A stretch of 64,000 nt of DNA from a virus. Position numbers and translations under genes: made by a program. The stretch lies in UHGV virus genome UHGV-1364187; one strand, written 5' to 3'. Under the pieces are notes generated by a model. It saw only the letters and a list, made by a program, of their open reading frames with translations. It had not been told where the DNA came from and made no database searches. Every line of letters starts with the position of its first letter. Positions within the stretch are counted from its first letter, which is position 1. Below, piece by piece: positions 27,860 through 37,373 of this stretch.

Positions 27860-29428
27860 TCATAGTTTCTTTATTATAAATGCTGGTACTATATAAGCAG
27901 GTTTAATCATACATCCATTATATATTCCACTATTATCTATAAATGCTGGTATTTGTAAATTCTTTTTAGGAGTAAGTTCTTTAGATTTTGTTACTAATGT
28001 AAAATCATCTAAAGTTATTACATTATAGCTCTTAGCATATGTTTTAAATATATCTTTTTTACTATTAAAGAAATCTCTACATGATTTAAATCCTATATCT
28101 ACTATATCTATATATTTTGTATTATTGCCTCTTGTTCTACCTAAAGTTTGTCTCGCTAATACTTCTGATCTAAAAGGTTCGGCTAACATAATTGTCATTT
28201 GTAATCCTCGTATATCAGTTGCAGCTCCACAACTTTTAGTAGTACTAAGAATAATATCACATTGTAATTGGTCTTCTTTATTACCTTGAACTTTGGAATG
28301 ATATTTTCCAACACTCAGATTAGGATATTCATTTAATATCCAATTATATACATAGTCTATAGCATCTATAGTGGCTAAATATATAAGTGTCTTTCCATGT
28401 TTCATGGCTATATTAATTACTATTCTGAGCATATGAATGAAATTCTGTTGTTTACATACATAATTGGCATAATTTACAGAACTAAATCCTTTTCTAGTTC
28501 TGCAATTTTGTATATCTCTTGCTGTAGGTCTAGAATTATATTTAATTGCTATATAATCGGTATGTGGATCATTATCTCCATCAAACAAATCTATAGATGG
28601 GACATTTTTAAAGTAATAATTATATATTACATTCTCATCTCTACTACTTCTTGCTGGAGTAGCTGTAATATAGAATGTCTTATAAGTATTTGTATAGAAA
28701 TCTATTTTACAAATATTATCGAAGTTTAAATGTGCTTCATCATAAAATTTAAGTCCTATCTTCATAAATTTAAACAATTCTGTTATCTTATCCCATCCAT
28801 TCTTTTCACCATACGATCTTAATGTTGCATGTGTAGCCAATATATATTTATATTGAGATATATCTTTTTGTAATAACCTTACTATGGAACCAGAACCCTC
28901 TATAATATATATTTCATCAGATGATGTATTTGTATATTCCATTATACAATTTTTCCACTGTTCTATCCATCCACTAGAATTCATTATAAATATACTTCTC
29001 ATCTTATATAAAGTGGTAACAGCTATAGAGCAATATGTTTTACCTTTACCAGTATTAAGATTTAATGCAAGTTGAGAATACTTCTTTGTGAAATCATATT
29101 CCTTTACACCATACATAAATGCTATAGCTCTTTTTTGTATATCATCTCTTGGCATATATTTCATTTTAGATGGTTCTATATGATCATATTTATCTACATT
29201 TCTATCTATAGATGCATATGATTGAAACATATTTTCTAACATTGGAACATCTATTCCTCTTGGTAATATAAGCTGTTGAGTATCTTCTTTGTATTCCATT
29301 CCTTTAAAATATGAAGAGAATGTAATGTCATTCCAGAGACTGAACATATACTCAAGTTGTGGCATATCACAAAGTGTATATTTATTTATAACTATACTTG
29401 ATTGTCTTAATTGTATCTTGCTAGACAT
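27860..29428 (-). CDS. SF2 DEAH-box DNA helicase; C-terminal tag AYIVPAFIIKKL
   Basis: Walker A LNTGKGKT; motif II FYDEAH; motif III ITATPAR; motif VI QTLGRTRG. Confidence 0.75.
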   Translation of the reverse strand: MSSKIQLRQSSIVINKYTLCDMPQLEYMFSLWNDITFSSYFKGMEYKEDTQQLILPRGIDVPMLENMFQSYASIDRNVDKYDHIEPSKMKYMPRDDIQKRAIAFMYGVKEYDFTKKYSQLALNLNTGKGKTYCSIAVTTLYKMRSIFIMNSSGWIEQWKNCIMEYTNTSSDEIYIIEGSGSIVRLLQKDISQYKYILATHATLRSYGEKNGWDKITELFKFMKIGLKFYDEAHLNFDNICKIDFYTNTYKTFYITATPARSSRDENVIYNYYFKNVPSIDLFDGDNDPHTDYIAIKYNSRPTARDIQNCRTRKGFSSVNYANYVCKQQNFIHMLRIVINIAMKHGKTLIYLATIDAIDYVYNWILNEYPNLSVGKYHSKVQGNKEDQLQCDIILSTTKSCGAATDIRGLQMTIMLAEPFRSEVLARQTLGRTRGNNTKYIDIVDIGFKSCRDFFNSKKDIFKTYAKSYNVITLDDFTLVTKSKELTPKKNLQIPAFIDNSGIYNGCMIKPAYIVPAFIIKKL

Positions 29429-29465
29429 ATATAAACACCTCCGTTTTTATTTATCTGTTATAAAA

Positions 29466-29506
29466 TATATAAAAAATAAAAAGAAGAGAGTAGTACTCTC
29501 TTCTTT
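29466..29506. terminator. terminator AAGAAGAGAGTAGTACTCTCTTCTT
   Basis: palindrome plus T tracts. Confidence 0.65.
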
Positions 29507-29507
29507 T

Positions 29508-30452
29508 TTAGTATAAGTTATCAAGTAAATAATCATATAGTATACTTAATATAATTGGTTTTATATAATCTTTAATACTTCCACATTCAAATAATGATTC
29601 GTCATAATTTGAGTTTATACATCTGCAATACATTGTAGCAACAATTCTATTAATACATTTGTATATATGTTCAACAAGATCATTAATACTATTAATATAC
29701 ATATTATCATGTAAATTAGTTTCGATTTTAATACCATATGAGTTATCTACTGTTGTGAATGATATAAAATTAAGTTTTGAACCATTATTATATAATGGTT
29801 CAAATATAATTATAGGATATAGTGATGTATCGAATAATAATGAAGAGAACATAATATCTAATTCTCTCTTATAACAATCATTCATATAATTAAAGAAATC
29901 ATATATATTGAATGTAGTCAATACACCATTACATATATTATTGTCTATATATTGTATAATTACGGATCTAATAAAATTTGTTCTTGAATCTAAATAATAA
30001 TCTGCAAACATATTCGCATCAATTTCATAGTCTATATTTTCATAATTATCTCTATAATTTTTATCATCTATTCCAGTTATTTCATATTTATTATTTTCCA
30101 TTTGCCATATATGTCTGCATTCATGTGCTAATGTATGAGCTAATCCTCTAATAAATATATGCATATTAAATCTTCTATGAAAATATATAATATTATTCAC
30201 AAAACAATCTATATTATATCTATCTTCATCTTCACTTGTTAGCATTCCTAATAAACCACCATTACTCATTTGTAACCCTTCATCATATAAAATGTATATA
30301 CATATAGGCTTCTTTGTTATATTCAATTCCGCAGTTAGATCATCTATAAATATCATACATAAGTCATATATTATTTTCTTTCTATCTGTAATAACGTTTG
30401 TAACTTGTATATTTTTATCAAATGTTGCTGGAATAACTGGCATTCTATCCAT
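29508..30452 (-). CDS. putative HExxH metallopeptidase; N-terminus MDRMPVIPATFDKN
   Basis: GLAHTLAHECRHIWQ contains HECRH; N-terminal terminal-tag module. Confidence 0.5.
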   Translation of the reverse strand: MDRMPVIPATFDKNIQVTNVITDRKKIIYDLCMIFIDDLTAELNITKKPICIYILYDEGLQMSNGGLLGMLTSEDEDRYNIDCFVNNIIYFHRRFNMHIFIRGLAHTLAHECRHIWQMENNKYEITGIDDKNYRDNYENIDYEIDANMFADYYLDSRTNFIRSVIIQYIDNNICNGVLTTFNIYDFFNYMNDCYKRELDIMFSSLLFDTSLYPIIIFEPLYNNGSKLNFISFTTVDNSYGIKIETNLHDNMYINSINDLVEHIYKCINRIVATMYCRCINSNYDESLFECGSIKDYIKPIILSILYDYLLDNLY

Positions 30453-30457
30453 AATCT

Positions 30458-31450
30458 CTATCTCCTATCTGTAATATAACGATCAAATAATATATATAAT
30501 TCTCTTGTAAATGATACTATAAACGAATCTATGGATTGTAATAAAGCTACACATACAAATGAATCATCTTTACTAATTCCCTCATCGTATATAATTTCAG
30601 ATGCTATATCTATAATAGATGAAACAAATAATGATTTAGTATAGCTTATAATAGACTCTAAATCATAATTTATCTTGATATTACAATTGAATTTTATAAC
30701 GCATGTATCTCTATTTAAATTATAGTCTATTATATAATAGACATCGTTCTGATCTTCCAAATACCAATTTTGATAAGATATCATTGTGTCTATATTCATT
30801 TCATCAAGTATAGATTGAATGTAATATGAATTATTAGAGACATAATATATCCAATGTATTAAATCGAACTCTGGTATATTGTTATATACACTATTTATTA
30901 TAACACAATGGATTAGTCTATATATGATACCATCTAAATATAGTTTATTGATTATCTGATTTGTATAACTTTCTATATCAGCATTATATTCATCATCTTC
31001 TATAATATCATAACCATCTACATATTCACAACAAGTCCATCCATATCCGAATATATTTGTAAATTGATATATAGACCTCATTATCTTTATAAATGATGGA
31101 AGTATTTTGATAAGATATTCTTCTACAGATAACATACTATATTTATTATCTATACTATACATATTTATATATATTCTGAATGTGTCTTTCATATTAAAGT
31201 CTGATGGATATTCTATATCCATTTCATATTCATTGCTAGAATACACAAACTCCAACACAATTCTATCAGCTACATCGCTTAAATCTAGATCATATTCTAA
31301 TATAGGTTTTATCCTATATAGAAAGTCTCTCAATATACGAGTTCTATCTTGATATATTGTTGCTGGTGATATTAGTTTTTTATGTTCTTTGTGTATTTCT
31401 GCTGGTACTATTAAATTATATTCTTTACATATCTCTGCTGGTATAATCAT
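30458..31450 (-). CDS. hypothetical protein with three tandem N-terminal tag repeats
   Basis: N-terminus MIIPAEICKEYNL-IVPAEIHKEHKKL-ISPATIYQDRTRIL. Confidence 0.55.
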   Translation of the reverse strand: MIIPAEICKEYNLIVPAEIHKEHKKLISPATIYQDRTRILRDFLYRIKPILEYDLDLSDVADRIVLEFVYSSNEYEMDIEYPSDFNMKDTFRIYINMYSIDNKYSMLSVEEYLIKILPSFIKIMRSIYQFTNIFGYGWTCCEYVDGYDIIEDDEYNADIESYTNQIINKLYLDGIIYRLIHCVIINSVYNNIPEFDLIHWIYYVSNNSYYIQSILDEMNIDTMISYQNWYLEDQNDVYYIIDYNLNRDTCVIKFNCNIKINYDLESIISYTKSLFVSSIIDIASEIIYDEGISKDDSFVCVALLQSIDSFIVSFTRELYILFDRYITDRR

Positions 31451-31456
31451 ATATAA

Positions 31457-31481
31457 TCCTCCTTTTTAAAAGAGATGAAGA
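31457..31481 (-). terminator. intergenic hairpin AGAGATGAAGA-loop-TCTTCATCTCT between the beta-prime C-fragment gene and the next gene
   Basis: 11-bp stem. Confidence 0.55.
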
Positions 31482-33551
31482 TTATTCTTCATCTCTTTTT
31501 ACTATCGTTGCTGGAACTACCATATCATTATTATATTTAACTTCTGTAGAATAATCCCCAGGAGCATTAATAAAATCATAATAGTTAACCATAAAGAATA
31601 AATCCATAAAACTTGGAGATCTCTTCTTAAATGTTGCTGCTGTATAAATAGCTCTCTTAGTTCTTTCATATGATAATGAGATAGCTACACTAGGATGATT
31701 ATTCAATGCTTTACTTAATGTCAAGATTGTATATCTGTTATTGTTAGGAATAGACCAATCTGGTTTTTCTAAGATTTCATCAGATTCAAGTCCAAGTCTA
31801 ATTTGATTTGCTATAATAACTTCACAGTGTATAGCATCTGTCTTTACATCACCCTCAATACATGTTTCAACAAATGTTTGGATTAATGAATCTATAGTAT
31901 GTTTAGATGTAACTTCGCTCTTATTGATAAGATTAGTTAATCTCTTAAGAGTATCAGCAAGACCATTATTTCTAATCTGCATCATAAATATATTCATTTC
32001 ATTAATCTCATCAAATGGTATTGTAACAATACCATCAACATCAGTATATTTATCTATCATAGCAGATAGTTCTGGTGTAAAGTAAATATCATCATCATCT
32101 TCTGTTGACAATGAGAATAAGTTTCCTTCTTCATCTCTAACTTTAATCTCACATACAGATTGATTATACTCATAGTTTTCATATTCATTTTCAATATGAA
32201 TTTCACTATCAATAATCAATAAAGTGTCTTTTATCTCTATATCATCTCTAATAGATATAAGATTTCCATCTAATATAAAGAAGTCACCAAATTGTTTAAC
32301 CCATTTAAGTTCTTTAATTTTCGCTTCTAATAGATGCTTTGCTGATAAAAGTTTTTGAGTCAATTCTGATGATAATAATTCAGCTGCAATCTTACCAATA
32401 TTGATATCCCTATTAGTGTATGCAACATCCCCATAACATTTATAACAAATACCATTACCTTCTGAAAATGATTTACATTTAGCAGGAGATCTAAAGTAAA
32501 CAGTTTTACCAATAAGATCCATTTCCATTCCTGTTATCATAAACTCTTGTCCATCTGGATAGAATCTATAATATCTAGAGATATATTTCTTCAGCATTTC
32601 ATAACTAGTAATAGTTATCTTAACGAAATTTCTTGTACCACAATCATAATTTGGATCTTCATTAAGCTCTGTATCTTGATTATTTAAACCTAATAAACGT
32701 GCTAAATGCCCACTATCAGATACATTAGTCTTAGATAATAATTGTGCAGTACGACCACTATATTCCTCAATAGTGTGTTCTGTAGCATTACTTAATCCAC
32801 CAACAATATAGTTTGAATTAATAATCTTACTAAAGATCCCACCAACTCCATTTGGTTTAGCACCACCAGCTACAGCAAACTCTCTATGCTGTTTCTTATT
32901 AATAGCTTCTCTAGCTTTAAATGAATCTTTATAACAATGATCTTCTGAATTTTTAATAATATCAACAAGTTCATCATTAAGTTGATTTGCTATATTATTA
33001 ACTTCATTTATAGGATATCCAGATAAATCACAATGCATAATATCGTATGCTCTCGGGTTTTCATTCATAAGATCTCTATAATCTTTAAGATTAGCAGTAT
33101 TAGCCAAGAACATACTAAATTCATCTATAGATTTGAATTGATATTCGATATCATCTATGATATTATTTAACCTAATATTATCCATATCTTTTCTATATGG
33201 AATAATAAGATAATTATTGATAAAGTCTGCTATCATGTCAGCTACAAAATCATCTTCAAATACTAGATGTTTTGGTTCGATATGATTTCCTGTCATAACT
33301 ACAAGTTTCCATAATGCTATATTAGTATAACTATCTGGTATTGACAAATCAACATCTGTACCATCGTCAAACACATAAGTGATAAAGTTGGACATTACTT
33401 GATCACTATTAATTCCATCTCTTAATACATTTAAGAGAGAGTTAAAGTAATAATCTACATTATCAGATGTAATATCTTTTGTGTAGATTATTGTTTTCTC
33501 GCCTCTTGTAAAACTTACAAAAGGACCATAGTTTTCTGGATAATCAAACAT
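31482..33551 (-). CDS. multisubunit RNA polymerase beta-prime homolog, C-terminal fragment; C-terminal tag [14 protein letters not shown]
   Basis: [53 protein letters not shown] aligns to the beta-prime trigger-loop region SPLTC..[63 protein letters not shown] aligns to [22 protein letters not shown] (region F). Confidence 0.7.
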   Translation of the reverse strand: [689 protein letters not shown]

Positions 33552-33600
33552 TAATATCCCTCCTATTTTTCTTAATATATTAAAGTTAATTCTTGTGTAA

Positions 33601-33633
33601 CTTTCAAATATATAATATATGATTTCATTTCAT
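33601..33633 (-). promoter_or_regulatory. conserved promoter motif upstream of the beta-prime C-fragment gene
   Basis: reverse complement reads ATGAAATGAAATCATATATTATATATTTGAAAG. Confidence 0.4.
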
Positions 33634-33660
33634 ATTACTAAGAAAAAATAAAAGAACGGA

Positions 33661-33876
33661 TTACTCTGTTCTTTTATATTCTAAATCAAATACATCCATA
33701 ATAGTATCTAGATTTATACCTATAGATGATAATTTTTCTAATATATATTTCCGATATTCCATTTTAGTCTTTTCATGTATACACTTAACTCTAGAATACT
33801 TTGTGTATAATTTATCATTGTTTCTAGCAGCCATTCTAATACATATAGATTTTAATATATCATCACTTAAATTCAT
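33661..33876 (-). CDS. small hypothetical protein
   Basis: ORF. Confidence 0.4.
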   Translation of the reverse strand: MNLSDDILKSICIRMAARNNDKLYTKYSRVKCIHEKTKMEYRKYILEKLSSIGINLDTIMDVFDLEYKRTE

Positions 33877-33899
33877 AATTAATCATCCCCCTTTTAATA

Positions 33900-34366
33900 A
33901 TTATTAAAATCTACACCATATACTTTTTCTATTACTGTAAGTAGTTCAATATACTCATTTTCAGTAATAGGTTTACCATTGTGTGCAAATTGTTCAGTTT
34001 TTCCTCTATTTTTATAATACACAATACCATAATGATCTGTAATGATTTCCTCAATATCATCTATTATAGTAATTGTAATATATATTTTTTTTGATCACCA
34101 ACTCTTGTAGATGAAAATACTATTAATGTATAATCTTTAGGTACGCCTTTATTGTCATCTATTTCGCAACCACAACTAGAAATACTATCATGTAAATCTA
34201 GATCTTCATCATATATAAAGTTTCTAATGAGTGACACATCACCACCATTCCAATTTTCTGGATTCCACGATCTGTCTTCATTAAACGCTCTAACTGGTTT
34301 AGATGCAAATCTTGGATTTGCACAATTTTCCTTATATAATTTTACAAATAATTCATGATTTACCAT
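33900..34366 (-). pseudogene. hypothetical gene interrupted at a T8/A8 run (~34087-34094); ORF 34366..34064 continues in another frame to 33900
   Basis: The two contiguous ORF segments are joined only by a 1-nt shift inside the homopolymer. Confidence 0.4.
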
Positions 34367-34393
34367 AACTTAAACATCTCCTTTATTATTCTT

Positions 34394-34425
34394 TTATTCA
34401 ATAGTATAATATAATAATTGAAAAT
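34394..34425 (-). promoter_or_regulatory. conserved promoter motif plus AAAGGAGATGTTTAAGTT leader upstream of the 34366 gene
   Basis: reverse complement reads ATTTTCAATTATTATATTATACTATTGAATAA. Confidence 0.45.
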
Positions 34426-34463
34426 AATATTGGATAGAGTATAAAAACTCTATCCAATATTAA

Positions 34464-34916
34464 TTATGCTTTTTTAAGAGGTGCAATTGTTACTCTTCTT
34501 CTGAATGCATTTGGTACTTCTTTAATGTATTCTTTTTGAGCTTTTACCGCAGCTCTTGATGCTAAAGTACCATACTTAGCTTCCATTTTTTCTTCAAGAG
34601 ATTTTTCTTTCTCTTTATGTTTCTTCCATTGTTTCCATAATGGGTCATTCTTTTGTTGTGCTAAATAGATAGCAGCAGATTTTGTACGTCTTGATAAATC
34701 ATCAAGTTTTGAAAGAACTACTACAGAGTTAGCTTCTGTAATAATACCTTTATCGAACATTGCTTTAGCTACATCTGATTCTAAGAATTGCTCAAATTCT
34801 TCTTTAATAGGCATAGCCATAGCTAGTTCTTCCCATACCATAGCCTCTTTAATTGCTTTTTCATTATCTTCCTCTGTTTGAATTCTTGTATGTTCAAATA
34901 ATGCATCACCAAACAT
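34464..34916 (-). CDS. hypothetical protein
   Basis: ORF. Confidence 0.45.
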   Translation of the reverse strand: MFGDALFEHTRIQTEEDNEKAIKEAMVWEELAMAMPIKEEFEQFLESDVAKAMFDKGIITEANSVVVLSKLDDLSRRTKSAAIYLAQQKNDPLWKQWKKHKEKEKSLEEKMEAKYGTLASRAAVKAQKEYIKEVPNAFRRRVTIAPLKKA

Positions 34917-35108
34917 ATTAATTCCTCCTTAATTAGACTATATTGATTTATTTAAATGTTTTCATATATAAACTAATAAAGAGACAATTATGACAAAAAA
35001 TAAAAGGTAGTAGACTATATATCTACTACCTTTTATTATTTAAAGTTCTATCTTTAATACTATCTATAACTTATTATTTTTCATATAAAATACACTCATT
35101 TTTTTTAA

Positions 35109-35735
35109 TTATAATTCTTCTACTGATTCTCTTCCATCATTATTTATAATATTGTATGGTTCTTTAACATTTACAATTATTAAATCTGAACAACTTGTGT
35201 CTGCTTTACTACCTAATTCTTCTACTACTCTTATTAAATTTTCATCATCTCTTTTTATATCTTCAAAATTAAAGTCTATTTTTTCGCATAATTTAACATC
35301 TTCGATTTCTTCATCATAATAAGTATTAGTAAAGAATATACTATCTGAATTAATACGATATGATATGCTCAAAAATAATTCTGTAACTAATTTAGCTTTA
35401 TTGTCATCTATAGTCTTAAAATATGCGTATACATCTGAATTTGTTCTAAGTTTTAGATATTCAATACATGCTAACACACTTAAATCAAACCTACCAAAAC
35501 AATCATTAATTACTATTTGTTTCGTATTTTCTTTATCACTATCATGTTTATAATAAGAATATAATTCATCTGAATATATCATCTCATTACCACGATAATA
35601 TTGTTTTTCAATACTAACTTCAGCTTCTTGTTCAAAGTATTCTTCCAATTCTTCATTTTTATGTCCTAAGAATAAAACTACTTTTTCTAATAAACCACTT
35701 TTTTCATTGAATCTTTCATCTAATACTTTAATCAT
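35109..35735 (-). CDS. hypothetical protein
   Basis: ORF directly behind a conserved leader cassette. Confidence 0.5.
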   Translation of the reverse strand: MIKVLDERFNEKSGLLEKVVLFLGHKNEELEEYFEQEAEVSIEKQYYRGNEMIYSDELYSYYKHDSDKENTKQIVINDCFGRFDLSVLACIEYLKLRTNSDVYAYFKTIDDNKAKLVTELFLSISYRINSDSIFFTNTYYDEEIEDVKLCEKIDFNFEDIKRDDENLIRVVEELGSKADTSCSDLIIVNVKEPYNIINNDGRESVEEL

Positions 35736-35764
35736 AATTAAACATCTCCTTTAGATATAATATT

Positions 35765-35797
35765 ATTATTCATTTATATAATATATAATTGAAATAA
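35765..35797 (-). promoter_or_regulatory. conserved promoter motif TTTCAATTATATATTATATAAATGAATAATAATATT
   Basis: perfect consensus copy. Confidence 0.55.
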
Positions 35798-35805
35798 TGC
35801 TTTTT

Positions 35806-36195
35806 TTACAAATCTTGTTTAAAATATACATATTCTATACCATCATCATCTGTTCTGACTATATAATCACTACCATCAGGAATTTCAACTACTCTAAATT
35901 TATCACTTTCATATTCTTCCACAATAGATATAAATAATTCATCTGTTCTGTTATAATCTGTAATAGCATTTATACTTATATAATTTGTTTCTAATATATC
36001 GTTACATACATAGAATGTATACTCTATACATATCATATTTTTTACATCATTAAGTTTACATTTTTCGTTTCTATTAAAGAGTACATTTTTAGAGTATATT
36101 TCTATACTCTCTGTATTATACTTACGTCTTAAGTACTCATATACAGTCTTCACTCTAAGAATGTTGTTTAATTGATTTGATAAAATTACTTTCAT
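35806..36195 (-). CDS. hypothetical protein
   Basis: the MFIMK artefact trimmed to MKVILSN. Confidence 0.45.
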   Translation of the reverse strand: MKVILSNQLNNILRVKTVYEYLRRKYNTESIEIYSKNVLFNRNEKCKLNDVKNMICIEYTFYVCNDILETNYISINAITDYNRTDELFISIVEEYESDKFRVVEIPDGSDYIVRTDDDGIEYVYFKQDL

Positions 36196-36225
36196 TATAA
36201 ACATCTCCTTTTAATATTATATTCA

Positions 36226-36252
36226 TTTATATAATATATAATTATAATATTT
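36226..36252 (-). promoter_or_regulatory. conserved promoter motif AATTATATATTATATAAATGAATATAATATT
   Basis: consensus copy. Confidence 0.55.
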
Positions 36253-36326
36253 ATCAATTTCAATAATATTTGAAAGTATAAATTGTCTCTAACTTATCTA
36301 TAATGATTAAATAAGGAGGAATTAGG

Positions 36327-37373
36327 ATGGTCTTAGAAGAAAATTTAAATGATATGGAAGTTATCAAAAGATACAAGCAATTTTTTAAGGAGATGATTTG
36401 GTTTAATAAACCAAACATATCTGAGCAAGAATTAGAAGATGTAATGAATTGGTCAATACAGAAGAGAATCAAAAATTCATCATTAGAATTATATGATTCT
36501 TATAAGGAAAAACGAGCAGATTCATCAGTATTAGAATGGCTAGAATACTTCTATGCTAATGAACCAATTATAACTCCCAATGGGGTTATGTTTAAAAAAC
36601 ATAATGAAGAGCTTAATCCTGTGAATAAAATGATACAGGGATTCTTAAAAACACGTGCTAAATACAAAAAAGAAATGTTTAAATATCCTAAAGGATCTCG
36701 TGAATTTGAAAAATATAACCTACTTCAACTTCTCTCCAAGATTGATGCTAATAGTATATATGGTTGTTTAGGTAATTGGAGTGCTGTATATTATAACGTA
36801 AATGTTGCTAGTTCAGTTACAGCATGTGGTAAATCTTCTATTTCAGCAGCAGGTTTAGCATTTGAACAGTTCTTAGCAAATAACGTTAAATTTAGAAAGT
36901 TAGACGAAGTTATAGTATTTATTAATCATATCATTAAAGAAAAACCAAATAGAAAATTCAATGATAAAGATATTCTAGATAGAGATATTACAGTAGAAGA
37001 ATGTTTTATAAAAGTAATGTCTACATGTGGTCATGGTTATACTCCTTCTATGGAAGATTGTGAAATCATATGGGATATTATTAGTAAACTTAACAGTGAA
37101 GATCTTAATAGAATATACTATAAGAATAATCTATTAGAATTCTTTGACAATAAAGTAATGACTAATATGGTTATAGAAGTATTAAAGAGACTCAATAAAC
37201 CTTGGATGGATCCGAATAAAGTTCCAAAAGAAATTGAACTTGAAATGGATACAATGTGGGATTTAGTAAGTGAATATGTATTTTATAAATATCAAATCAT
37301 TGATAGACAAGATAGATTAGAGTTTCTTCCAAGAAAAATTACATGTATTATAGACACCGACTCTTTTGCATAA
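36327..37373 (+). CDS. family-B DNA polymerase, C-terminal (palm/thumb) part, exon 1
   Basis: Motif B QLLSKIDANSIYGCLGN (KxxxNSxYG) followed by ASSVTACGKSSI. Motif C TCIIDTDSFA (DTDS) lies at the very end of the ORF. No motif A (DxxSLYPS) and no exonuclease domain, so the N-terminal half must be encoded elsewhere. Confidence 0.75.
   Translation: MVLEENLNDMEVIKRYKQFFKEMIWFNKPNISEQELEDVMNWSIQKRIKNSSLELYDSYKEKRADSSVLEWLEYFYANEPIITPNGVMFKKHNEELNPVNKMIQGFLKTRAKYKKEMFKYPKGSREFEKYNLLQLLSKIDANSIYGCLGNWSAVYYNVNVASSVTACGKSSISAAGLAFEQFLANNVKFRKLDEVIVFINHIIKEKPNRKFNDKDILDRDITVEECFIKVMSTCGHGYTPSMEDCEIIWDIISKLNSEDLNRIYYKNNLLEFFDNKVMTNMVIEVLKRLNKPWMDPNKVPKEIELEMDTMWDLVSEYVFYKYQIIDRQDRLEFLPRKITCIIDTDSFA

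Noticed and set aside
27860-33551. The possibility that the recurring CCAGCAACAATA-like element is a DNA-level site (promoter, terminator or endonuclease target) rather than a peptide
   Set aside because: The codons flanking the invariant CCA GCA vary synonymously. The module is in frame at gene termini on both sides of gene junctions. It occurs in tandem inside one N-terminus. All of this favours protein-level selection, although a dual role is not excluded.
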